Below, piece after piece: positions 11,049 through 23,350 of a DNA stretch of 64,000 bases (position 1 is its first letter; each line of letters begins with the position of its first letter). The notes below the pieces were generated by a model, which saw only the letters and a list, made by a program, of their open reading frames with translations, ran no database searches and was not told where the DNA came from. Position numbers and translations under genes: made by a program. Origin of the DNA: Lytechinus pictus (Eukaryota); contig NC_087254.1 of NCBI RefSeq assembly GCF_037042905.1, forward strand, positions 8,680,001-8,744,000, read 5' to 3'.

Positions 11049-13809
11049 TAAGTGGATACCAGGGAACATAAACCCCCGTGCAACCTTCGTTTCTAAACGC
11101 CTCTAAACATACTGGATGACCACTTAATTCAGTTTGTCATTTCAGAGATATATAAATAAAAATTCAAGTAACCAAATCGGCAATTGGGACAATATTCCCG
11201 TAATGGAGGGGAAAATAGATACATTCATTTTAACTCATAACACATTTATACAGCTACAAAGCAAATTACACTAACAAAATAATATTCCATACACAGGATT
11301 AAATTTGCCTCTCTCTTCTTGTTCTTGTTCTTCATCTTCCTTTACATTCTCGGTACCAAAAGTTATTCAAAATAGCCTGGCTGGTTTACGAAAAGTACAA
11401 ATGAGTAATATCTTACAATATTTTATCAGTTGAATATATGGATTTAATTGACGACCGATTTTAAAAATTGATAGCTGAAGAATTGCATGTGTTTGAGTTA
11501 AAGCTGTTGAAAACATAATCAGACCTGCCCCCCCCCCCCCGTTCCCACTCCATCCACCCCCTGAATTACTTCACATAATTCATTACTTCATAACTAACGA
11601 TTTGTGCGATATCAACTTTGCCAAATTCTCGTGGCACCACTTCAATTGCATATCAAATTATATGGTAACATTACTAGCTGGCACTACTTCCACCCCCCAC
11701 CCCTCATTCTGAGGGCCGGGTCGTGACGGTTAAATGTCAGCACGCAGCTGCATTATCATTATAATAGATGATTTGCGACTGTATTACAATTACAAATTTA
11801 AAAACGGTTTGATAATCTGCTATGCGATTCGATACTTGAGATAAATATCAAATTCCCATTCCAAGCAGAATCGTTGAGAAATCTTGAACATTTAAGTGTT
11901 ACTTTTATACGTAAATTTGCACTTTATATTTCGAAAGCAGCGCATGTATGTGAAATAATCAATGTACAACCGACACGTAAAACGGCTTCGTGGAAAAAGC
12001 GCAGTGCGTTGCCCGGCGCGTACAGTGCGTGATAAGCTGCGTTAATCGGCGCGTGATAAGGTGCGTGATACGGCGCGTTAATCGGGCCGTTAAAAATGAA
12101 TAAAATAATAAAATGAAAAAATCAAATAAATCTTCAATTTTTCTTCCAGTTTTTACTTTATATTGAAAAGTAAATATTAAGTCGTCGGCTTACCTTATTT
12201 TCTGCTTTTAGCAGTAAGTGTATTATTTTCTGTCCCATTTCTCAAACTTTCTGAAAAAGCAAGATTTTTTTTCTTCATTGATATTTTGTGACTTCTTTAA
12301 AACCCTCTAAACGCTTTCTAATCTTTGAAATGAATACCGTACGCCCTTTTCCGGGAACAAAAATACGCAATCCACTGATCAAGTTCCCGGAGAAAAGACG
12401 CTAACGCGAATGCGCAATCCAGTTCCAGGAAAAACGCTGCTAGCGCGAATCGGTCTATGCGCGTAAGCACTTTAAACGAAGATTATTTTACTGGGAACGA
12501 AATACGCGATCCAGTTCCAAAAGAAAACACGCATCTATGTGCGTAAAGCACGTTGGAATGATTTTGCTTATTACGTCATAATGATGTCACATTTAGGTTC
12601 GAGAATGGTACCAGAAGAAAGTTCATGACATGCTTTTTCATTTCAGCAATTAAACGACACAAGTTTTTTTTTTGAAAATGTCGATAAGTCCCTTCTTGCC
12701 GACAAAATTGTGATAAATTCAATAAGAAATTTATTTATGAATATCAATTGATAATACAGCGAAATCTCTTTATGAGGCCATTGGGGATAAAAACAATTCG
12801 CTCGTTACATTGGATATTTTATCCTATAAGTACTCCTTATACCAAGTTTCCACTGTGAATAATTTCATTAAAAGATAATAAATACGCACAACAAAAATGT
12901 AGCTATACCCCTTTTTTCGAACTCCCATTAATTTTTCGACGAAATGAGTTCTAGCAAAACGATTTGGCAGTAGCATTTTTACATTCATTAGCTAGCCTCT
13001 GTCGGAAAATAAGATTGTTCCGTCAAGCAATTCATGAGTGAGCAACTGAGCATACGTAAAAGGCAAAAATTCCACTTTTCAAAATTCAAAGGAATCACAT
13101 CTTATACCTTAATAATGGCAAATAACGGTAGTGTTTTGCTGAATTTATAAAGTGTGCTCACTGAACCATAACATGGCTAAAACCTCTCATATCCGTTCAT
13201 GTAAATAATACATTTTGCTGAAAAACTATTACCAAATATGTATATAGTAGACATATTTATCATTCAAATATTGGCTTTTATTGCACAACTAGTTTTCAAT
13301 AAAACAGAGACTACATACCTGTAGGTGTGCTAGACCATAGAAATCCCAAAACAGCACTAGAGCTTTATCTGTATATATTATCTTTCACTCGATTTTTTTT
13401 TTTCATTCATTTGTTTTCTAATTTATTTATTATTTTCTAATTCTATACCTGCCACTTTGGGAACCTTGCATGCTGTTATTTCATTTCAATAATTCTTCCA
13501 TAAATACATACAGACATGACATGAATAAATAGAGAATTGAATTGACGAAATAGAGGGAAACCCTTAAAAAAACACAATCTTGCAGGAAAAACCCCAATCG
13601 ATATATATGAATTGTACCTAACAAGCAAATATCACATTGATTGAAGTGTTTACTTATTGTCTCATTTCATTTAGTTTATCTTAATCGAGAATCAGGCGAA
13701 AGAATAGAACTATTTCTATAGGGACATGCGATATGTACAGTACAGGGTTCATGGAGTTTTAACTTTTTTGTGAAAAAGGATCTGAAAATTGAAATGTTTT
13801 CAACACCAT

Positions 13810-13978
13810 CTGCCAAAGCAGACCATCTTTTTTTAAAACAGAGTGCAACGTCATCATTGTCATATCTTCGAGTGTCGGGTGACCAGTTTAGTGCAATTGC
13901 ATTTCTACCAGATATTTTTGGAGGCACTTCTCGAAGACGTTCAAGATCAACCCTCTTGCTTCGACATTATGAAATTTA
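13810..13978 (-). repeat. Local duplicate of the last ~19 codons and 3' flank of GPCR E (also at ~27170-27298)
   Basis: ATTTTTGGAGGCACTTCTCGAAGACGTTCAAGATCAACCCTCTTGCTTCG matches 14181-14230. Confidence 0.75.
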
Positions 13979-14178
13979 TTCACCTTGAGATTGGAGTCCG
14001 CACTTTTGAAAGAGATTTACTCGAAACAAACTTTTTTTTAGTTGCGCGCTCATCCGTCACTTAGTGAAAACAGGAACGATATTATATCAACTGCCAAATT
14101 AAAGCAGACCACCTATTTTCAAAAGGGAATGAAGTGTCATAGTTTTCATCGTGCACAGGTGGAGTCCTAAACCTCCGA

Positions 14179-15208
14179 TTATTTTTGGAGGCACTTCTTG
14201 AAGACGTTCCAGATCGACCCTCTTGCTTCGGCATTTGTCATCAGGTAAAGCAACGGTTGCAGCCAGATGTTGCTCACCGATAGCTTGCGGATGATAGTCA
14301 AAGAAGACGGGGGCATCGACATAAAGAAGCTGAGAACGAATGGTATCTATGCGATACAGAAAGATAACGTCAAAAGTAGAATAACTAGGAACCTTTTATA
14401 CCGCATACGACGTAGACGGTCGCGGTTTACCTATGGACCTATTTGTAATACGTCCATGGTTTACCTTAAGATCTTCTACGAAAGTCTCTTGAGAGGGAAT
14501 CTGTGAATCATGGGAACCAGAGCAACTGCCAAACCTGTTGTTGCCACGAATGTGGTTTCCTGGCATGGCCACAGTATTCCTTATCTGACGGACGATAAAC
14601 GTTATCTTTATGAAGATTGTCGTCGTGAACACAACAGTTGCGCAAATTGGTAAGGTACTGTATAAAGTGTGTGCAATGGATGTCCAATAAACTGCAGTTT
14701 TGACACTTTGAGATAGGCAACGTTCTGTTAAGAGTTCAATGAAGTGCGACTGTGGAATCGGGAGATATACCCCATGTAACGACATGACAATGGCGTATGC
14801 TGCTGAAAGGGTAATATAAAATCGTTTTCTGGTTACAATTGTAAAATAGAGCAGCGGCCTTGCGATCAAAAGGTAGATGTTCATACTAATTCCACATAAG
14901 CATATCATCACAGATACCAACGAAACATGATATGCAAATGCAAACGTCATGCTTAAAATGTTACAAGTTTCTTTGCTTGCCAGAGAAAACCAAAGAAGAA
15001 GCCAACAGTTCCAGCTTATTCCAAGTGATACATTCGATACTGCTAGAATCTGATAAAGAACACGTGTGTATACATGAAGTTCCTGTTGTCGATTCAATAT
15101 GAATAATTGTATTTTGTTGAATATAATTGATAGAAAGACTGCAAAGATGTAGAAACTGTCAATTGAAGTATTCGTCTGAGAATTAATGTTTGACACTGTA
15201 CCATTCAT
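14179..15208 (-). pseudogene. GPCR 'E' pseudogene (34-bp insertion in ICL3 causes a frameshift; copy of 27551-28546)
   Basis: 1030 bp vs 996 bp for the intact paralog; the extra 34 bp lie at ~14425-14458. Confidence 0.88.
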
Positions 15209-15317
15209 TTCTTCATGCCTGTATATGGATGAGATTCTTTGGTTCTGATAGGGTGAGCTTACAAAATCAATCAGAATACCAAAGACACTTTACTTGTAGA
15301 GTGATGTAAAAAAAAAA

Positions 15318-15511
15318 TGCTTGCGGAAATCATGTCAGAAATATCAAGTATCTGGTAAAGCAGTCGCATTGCAATCCCGAAGCTCTTTTTGGTGCTTTAT
15401 GATAATAAGGAGCATCATGTTTAAAATAATAGACATAATAATTTTGACAATACTGAAGGCACGAGGCTTGAATAGCTCCGTTGTACTTGTAACATTGTCA
15501 TTTTCTTCCAT
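15318..15511 (-). pseudogene. 5' fragment of GPCR B (B') at the duplication junction
   Basis: Matches 5456-5648 (MEENDNVTSTTELFK...), has a +1 frameshift near 15370 and is truncated in TM2. Confidence 0.85.
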
Positions 15512-16817
15512 TTAAGATGCCTGTATTGGTTTCTTGCCGGGATAAAGAGAATCTCAATATCAAACGTCTTGTTTCGATAGAGGCAGAAAATAGCTCATGG
15601 CTCTAGGTTGACTAGACTTGTCTGGTGAATGGGTTTTTGAAAAAGCGGGCGCTCGCCATTGCTGTCTTATGTGAATGCATATAACGAGAGTAAAGTTCCT
15701 CATTGTGTCAGCACACATAGCATAATTTGCAATTAGTATGTAAGACTGGTAATCAGTCGTGTGGCTCTCCATTATGAAACTAGTGAAAGGCATCAGCCTT
15801 AATAGTCGACCAATATAAGCCTGGGGAATTGAAAGACAGTTTGATTAAAGTTTTAAACTGACAACTGATAATCCATCAACATTATATGAAATAAGCAATG
15901 CGTTTTTTCTAAGATTTCAAACACCACTGATTTCAAAGTAAATCACACAATTAAGTAAAGTTCACAATTAACGTAAGGGTGGTCCAAGTAACGAAGTTTC
16001 GATACATTGTCCTTGTCTGGCACAATTTACTTCCCCTACATTATGGATGACTTGATTTAAACGATGGCATCAAATAAACAAATTTTTCTGAAGTGTTGGA
16101 AAAGACGGAGAACGATGTACAATAAAACACAGATATGGAAGAAAAATTTCACCCAGCAAGCCAATCAAGAGAACATCTATACTAACCATCTGTGAAATTT
16201 ACCAGTGCTGTCCAAGCTTATCAAAAAAAAGTTGGTCCGGTCAAAACATCCGGCCGCCAAAGCAGCGCAAGCCGCTATGCATACCCAAAGGCCGGTCAAA
16301 AGCCCTTTCCCTTTGACCAGCTCAGGTCGAATTTGGTTGACCTTTAGGTCTTTCCATTAAAAAAAAATTATGCCTTTCAAATCTAGATTTTGGCTGGCTA
16401 AAGATGATAAAAGGCTGAACCAGAGGTGAAATTTGAATCAGTGATCTGCAGTTTACACTTTAAGGTTTGTCTTCATAAGATGATTGTTGGGTTAACAACC
16501 TAGGGTCGCCACCTGAAGATGTAGATAAAGCTAATATTTCCATACGTACAAGAAAGTACCTGCTCAATGTGGCAATCTGGTAGAAACAAGTTTGGAAGAG
16601 GGTAAGATGGAAACATTTGGTTGAATCGACTATAGTCTAAGACGTTGAAGTATAAACGTGTTACCAATCACAATAACATTACTTCTTCCAAATGAGAAGT
16701 GTCCACTATTCTCGGGTGGAGGGTTTTATAGCTTTTTCGCAGCCTATTATTTCGCATTATGGGTTCATCTTCAAGCGATAATTATGCTTATTCATCCAAT
16801 GCTCATCTCCGAAGGTT

Positions 16818-17825
16818 TTATTTTGGGTACTTCTTGAAAGCATTCAAGCACAATGTTCTAGCCTCAACATTAGTCAGCAGGTAGAGTATAGGTTGCGTCC
16901 AGGTGCTGCTTACTGCAACTCTGCTAACGATTTCCAAAGACGAAGAAGACATCGATATTACAAAGCTTACGAGAAATGGTGTCCATGCCACACAGAAAGA
17001 CAATGTCAGAAGTGAAATCGTGAGGAACCCTTTGTATTGCCTTTGGTAAGGACGATTCCGGTTTACGTCAAGATCTACTACATGTACATCCGCATCAGAA
17101 GTGATAGTAACGTTTCCACGACCGAAGCAATTGCAGATCACTGTCTTGCCACGGTTAGGGTTTCCAGGAATAGCTACAGTTTTCCTTATCTCACGGATAA
17201 TGAACATCAATCTAATGAAGATTGTCGTCGTGAACAGGACAGTTGCACAAATCGGTAAGGTATTGAATAATGTATGTGCAATGGATATCCAATGAAGTGC
17301 AGTTTTGACACTTTGAGAAAGACAACGTTCTGTTAAGAGTTCAATAAAGGGCGACTGTGGAATTGGTAGGTATACCCCATGGACCAATAGAACAAAAACG
17401 TATGTTGTCGAAAGAGCAAGGTAAAACCTTGTTCTGGTTAGGATCGTGAAATAACGCAGAGGCTTTGCGATGAGAAGATAGCTGTTCAAACTGATTCCGC
17501 AAAGACATATCATCACAGAATTCAAAGAAACCTGATACAAATATGCGAACGTCATGCTCAAAATTGTGCATGTTTCCCTACCTTTAAGAGAAAACCAGAG
17601 AATACGCCAACCATTCCAGGTAATGCCCAGTGACATATTCGAAAGTGTCAAAATCTGGTAAAGAAAACGAGAGTAGTCTTGAAGTTTATGTTGATGATGC
17701 ATTACAAATAGTTGTATTGCGTTGAACATTATTGATAGAAATATTGCAATGACGCAGTAAACATCTATAGGGCCCTTCATTGTAGAGCTCGTATCTGCTG
17801 CGCCAGAAAAAGCTGTAGTATTCAT
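16818..17825 (-). CDS. Intronless class A GPCR 'C-prime', 335 aa
   Basis: Full 7TM ORF; MNTT sequon, LCGISLNSYLLIAKPLRY, AWTP, QPILY. Confidence 0.92.
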   Translation of the reverse strand: MNTTAFSGAADTSSTMKGPIDVYCVIAIFLSIMFNAIQLFVMHHQHKLQDYSRFLYQILTLSNMSLGITWNGWRILWFSLKGRETCTILSMTFAYLYQVSLNSVMICLCGISLNSYLLIAKPLRYFTILTRTRFYLALSTTYVFVLLVHGVYLPIPQSPFIELLTERCLSQSVKTALHWISIAHTLFNTLPICATVLFTTTIFIRLMFIIREIRKTVAIPGNPNRGKTVICNCFGRGNVTITSDADVHVVDLDVNRNRPYQRQYKGFLTISLLTLSFCVAWTPFLVSFVISMSSSSLEIVSRVAVSSTWTQPILYLLTNVEARTLCLNAFKKYPK

Positions 17826-20800
17826 TTCTCCAAACTACTCGGTATATGCTTTCGAGAATGAATTTGATGATTTTAGAAAAGACTGAGCAAGTAGTACGTT
17901 ATATGTCCATTCTTCATAGGCAACTCGTGTTTGCTTTATAATGAACTTGAAAATAACACAAATGATGGTGTTACAACGGACATGTACTTCACTCTCAACG
18001 TGTCATGTTAGGAAGCAGCAACAGGGTACACACAATCATGTTAGGACTGGCTGTCTATTACATTTTTAATTATGCTTCCTATCATCATCAAGCACCATCA
18101 AAATCTGTCATGTTTACAAACCCATTTGATTCCTGAACATTATCTACATGCTCATTTATTACTAGTATCCCTTCTTAGAGTAGAAAGCATAGGAAATAGT
18201 AATGTTGATCAAAGGGACTTTAATCTAGGCATATGTGACAAGTGGAAGAATCATATTCTACTTCATACTTTTTCATACATTGTCAATGTCATTCGTTCCT
18301 TTACAACAGACATGAATCGGAATATCGTATTTGGTTAATCACATTTAGAGACTGGATATATTTAGATTGGTCATCAAGTTTTATAAGTATTCTTTATATT
18401 TGAATGGATATTGAACTGTTCTTTGATATGACAGGTACCCAAGCACCCCATTTCATTCAATATCTATATACTAATGTACCATTATCTGATACAGTATCAA
18501 CACAAACAAATATGCATTTTTAAAACTATAATTGAACATGTAACCAATTCTATGCCGAGTTTTTAGGACAATTAACCCCCTGACAATCATCCCCCGGACA
18601 ACTACCCCCTGACAATTACCCCGGAGGACAATTACTTCCCCCCCCCCGGACAACTACCCCGAGGACAATTACCCCCCCCCCCTTATAACTACCTCCAGAC
18701 AATTACCCCCCGAGGTCATTTACCCCAAAAAACAATTACCCCCCGAAAAATCACCCCCCCCCCCCTTCTCTCCGGCATTGATGTAGGAATCAAGGGAGAC
18801 CCATTGTAAATCTTGGCCGTCGGCACAGGTTTTCGAAATATTATCTACTTTATCTTAATAACTTTCTCTTTCCCTTTCTCTTTTTATTGTTCTTTCTCTC
18901 TCTCTCTCTCTCTCTCTCTCGCACTTTCTATTTTTCCTTGCTTTTTCCTTTTTTCTTCCTTTTTCCCCCTTTTTCTCCCCCCCCCCCCCCTTTGGGCGGC
19001 GCCTTCTGCGTCATGAAAATGAGGGGAGGGGCTTGCGCCCCAAACCTCCTGTTTGGCTACGCATAGAGTATATGTCTCAGAAATATGTAAACTGAACAAA
19101 TGAACAATCATGAAAGGACACGATTACAGATAATAATCACAAATGCTGAATATCTCTGATTCCAACTGATCTGATTTGATCTATTTTGGGTTTAATTTCA
19201 GGAAAAATATCAGGCAAATAGATAAAACATTAAAAAGACACCTTCATAGGTAAAAGTATTGAGAGTCGATAACGCAACCATGAACACTAACACTGACGAG
19301 TATAAAACTGTTATTTTAAAATAATTCAACAAACAAGAAGCTAAAAATTGTGAAACAATTGGTGCATATTCCAGATTAAGCTATGGCTTTATAACTTAAT
19401 TAAGTTTAATAACTTTGAAGCAAAGATACTACACACAAGAACACCTTGTATTATTTTACCATTTAAAGTGAAAGTAATTGAACATTAAAGGAAATTGAGT
19501 ACCAAAATGACTAAATTGTAAACGATATGACGTGATCAAATTAAAAAAAATCATAAAAATTGGCAATCATGATAGTGTTAAGCATATACAATTCCTTTAA
19601 CGTATCGGACACTTGTTAAAAAAAATACAGGTTTGCTAAATTTGAAGAAGAAAAGTTTATCACAATTCCCCTAAAGTACGTCAAACGTACGACCGTCGTA
19701 TGACTTTGTGCTCTCCCTTTGACTGGGGGGGGTAATTGTCATCGGGGGTAATTGTCCGGGGATCATTGTCGGGGGGGGGGGCAATTGTACGGGGTAATTG
19801 TCCATGAGATAATTGTCAGTTGGGGGAATTATCCGTGGGAGTAATTGTCCCCGGGGGTAATTGTCCTCGGTGGGCAATTGTCCGGTGGTAGTTGTCCGTG
19901 GGTGATTGTCCAGGGGGTAATTGTCCGGGGGTAATTTCATCGGGGGGTAACTATCCGGGGTAGTTGTTCGGGGTTAGTTGTACGGGGGTAATTGTCCGGG
20001 GGTAGTTGTCCGGGGGTGATTGTACAGGGGTAGTTATCCTAATACGCTATGCCTCCAAAAGAAAGCACTGCACGTCTGCACTCATTCGTGTTCTATATCC
20101 AATGCACATCCTATTTTCTATCGTTTGAAAACTTTTCAAGCAAACGTTTACCGCTGCCTTTTGGAAATATTTTCATTTACAACAAATTATTGTACACACT
20201 GGGGCGCCGCTAAATTGGGAATTGATGATGACCGTTTCCAACAAAACTTCAATCAAATCTTCAATAAGCCATTTTCAAACTAATAAACAGCGACAGAAAA
20301 GACTAGAAATTAGAGTTCTAACAAAACATCCATGCAAGTAATATACATGTATATATTTACATGATACCAAGACCAGTTGGTCTATCCCCTGTCTATATGG
20401 TAGTTGATGCTAAGGTGACATTGCTATAAATCGCCATCGTCCGAGAAAGTGGATTAAAAGAAAGTCTCCATGCATTGGTCTGTCCCTGTTTGTTTGTTGT
20501 TGTTTTTTTTTCAATGCAAAGATTCAAAAATTCCCCTAATTTAGATTAGAAGCGATTTAAAACTGAGGCAGAAAGCAAGGTCCTATGATGAAAACTATTC
20601 ATTCATTCAAATTCAAAATCAATTCGGTTTTATTATATTTCATATACACATGAAAATTAAGCATAATAAATTATCAGACGTAATCTGACATTTTATGTAG
20701 ATTGGCTCTTTACAGACCGATAGCCAAGATTAGGTTTGCCCGTATTTTGACATGAAAGGTACATTCACTATCTTTCCTTTTTCTCTTATATATTTCGCCG

Positions 20801-20960
20801 TAATAAACTTTATATTTTGCTCAATCGTGACACAACATACTATGGTGAAAAAAACCCATAAAGGATTTACCGCAAAAACAGTTTCCTAATCTGTATGTAT
20901 TCAGCTTGGACTGGACAGATGTGTGACTAGATTCATGAGCGCATATTCAAAAGATCAATT

Positions 20961-22131
20961 TCATCTCGGACGAACAACCACATTGATTTTCAGGCACTTC
21001 TTAAAAACATTCAAGCACAATCTTCTCGCCTCAACATTTGTCAGCAGGTAGAGTATGGGCTGTGACCAGGTGTTGCTAACCGATACCTTTACTAGTACAT
21101 TCAAGCAACAGGGGGGCATTGATATTAAGAAGCTTAAAAGAAAGGGTATCCAGGCAATACAGAACGAAGCAGTTAGAAGAAAAGTCATGAAAAATCCTTT
21201 ATACCGCCTGTGATGTGGACAGTCGCGGTGTTTGTTTAGATCTTCAGCAAAATCCACCCGGGAAGCAAAAGGTGCTTCATCACTATGGCAAAAGCAACTG
21301 CAGAACCCCCTTTTGCCTCGTGTATGGTTTCCGGGAATGGCTACTGTATTCCTCTTCTGATGGACAATATACATTAACCTGATAAAGATTGCAGTAATGA
21401 ACAAGACTGTCCCACAAATTGGCAAGGTATTGTTCAATGTGTGTACAATTGATGCCCAGTGGACCACGGGACTGAAAGTTTTGGACACACAGCGTTCTGT
21501 CAAGAGTCTCATGAATGGCGACTGAGGAATAGGTAGATATACCCCATATACCAATATAACGAACCCGTATGCTGCAAGAGCCAGGTAAAACCTTGTTCTG
21601 GTTACGATCGTGAAATACCGCAGTGGCCTTGCGATTAGAAGATAGATGTTCAAACTGATTCCACACAGGCATATCAGCACGGAACCTAAAGATACCTGGG
21701 GAGCGTTTCATGAAAGGACTTGTCAGACGTTTTATCCGACAAGTCCTATTTTATACGACAGTTACCATAGTAACATTGCTTATCAGCCAATCAAAATCAA
21801 GGAAAGATGTCAGATCTGACAACATGTCAGACAAAATTGTTGATGAAACGCTCCCCTGATATAGAAAAGCGAACGTCATGCACGTTTCTTTGCTAGCAAA
21901 GGAAAACCAGATAAAAAGCCAACCATTCCAGGTAATGCCCAGTGACATATTCGATCCTGCCAGAATCTGGTAAAGAAGACGGATGTATTCCTGTAGCTCC
22001 TGCTGATGGTAGATTACAAACAGCTGAATTGCGTTAGATAATATTGATAGAAAAGCTGCAAAGATGTAGAAACTGTCAAGAACACCATTCGTCTCATTGG
22101 CTGTTACATTATCGAATGTCGTACCATTCAT
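20961..22131 (-). pseudogene. GPCR 'D-prime' interrupted in TM3 by a MITE
   Basis: ORFs 21751-22131 and 20961-21680; removing 21699-21858 restores ...MTFAFLYQVSLGSVLICLCG... and a 336-aa ORF. Confidence 0.88.
21699..21855. mobile_element. 157-bp PIF/Harbinger-like MITE
   Basis: TIR GGGAGCGTTTCAT / ATGAAACGCTCCC with a 3-bp CTG target duplication. Confidence 0.88.
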
Positions 22132-22584
22132 TCTTTCAAACTACTCAGTTTATACTGAATGACGGTAAAAGAGCTGTGAAGGTTAGGCCATTATAATCCT
22201 TCCCAAGAACAGTCACCTGTGCGATGTTGCAAAGTCAATCACATGCTTAAAGGCACGATAAGAAATCTTGATGAGCATTTTAAGATATACTTTTACACAA
22301 ATCCAGTGACACTCGCCCGATGCAAAATCAGTAAAATTTTCGCCATGAAACTTGAATTTTACTGTCAAAAACTGATGGCATGACTGAAGCAGAGTGATCG
22401 CTTTCTCGATTAGTGACAAGAACTTCAGAAAAGGTCTATCCCTTTGTTACTTATATCATAATTGTTTATCCATCGTTTAGGTGAAATCAATCTCCCAAAA
22501 TCCAATGACTAATTGTCCAAAAATATATCAAGATTCACTAGATTCATGAAAGTGTGGCGTATCCTGAGAGAGGTACGGAATACC

Positions 22585-23350
22585 TATGTTCACATAGTTG
22601 ACTATGTGTTAATTGTGCGTTAACCATGTGTCCACAGTGTGGGACTTCAGATCACATAGTGAACCACATAATTACCCACATAGATAACAAACACAGTGTT
22701 GCCACTGTGTGCTCACATAGTTGACTATGTGCAAATTGTTTGTTAACCATGTGGTCACACTGTTGTCACAGTTTGGGACTCCTGATCACATAGTAACCAC
22801 ATAATTCTCCACATAGTTTGCACTCAGAACACAGAGTGGCACACATATACCACAGTGTGGTATTGTTGAACTATGTGTAAATCATGTGTAAATAGTGTTG
22901 CCAAAGTGTGTTCACAGAGTTGATTGTTGTAATTGTGTGTAAATTATGTGGTCACAGTTTCGTCACAATGTTGGACTCCTGGTCACATAGTGAACCACAT
23001 AATTACCCACATAGTTAGGTATCAAACACAGTGTTGCCACAGTGTGTTCACATAGTTGACTATGTGCAAATTGTTTGTTAACCATGTGGTCACACTGTTG
23101 TCGAAGTGTGGGACTCCTGATCACATAGTAACCACATAATTCCCTACATAATTTGCACTCAGAACACAGAGTGGCACACATATACCACAGTGTGGTATGT
23201 ATTGAACTGTGTAAATCTCATGTTCATAGTGTTGTCACAGTCTGAAATTTCATTTTATGTGATTTTCCACATAATTTCCACATAGTTGGTATATTGAACA
23301 CAGTATGGTATATTTTTAACAATGTGTACAACCTGTGTTTACTTATTTTC
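22585..23350. repeat. CACATAG/CACAGTG-rich tandem repeat, ~335-bp period
   Basis: TTTGCACTCAGAACACAGAGTGGCACACATATACCACAGTGTGG at ~22817 and ~23152. Confidence 0.75.

Noticed and set aside
21699-21858. MITE acting as a precisely spliced intron (introner)
   Set aside because: On the coding strand it ends in CCCCAG but begins GG, not GT or GC, so precise removal is not supported
22585-23350. RAG/Transib recombination signal array (many CACAGTG)
   Set aside because: No ACAAAAACC nonamer at 12/23 spacing; explained by a degenerate tandem repeat
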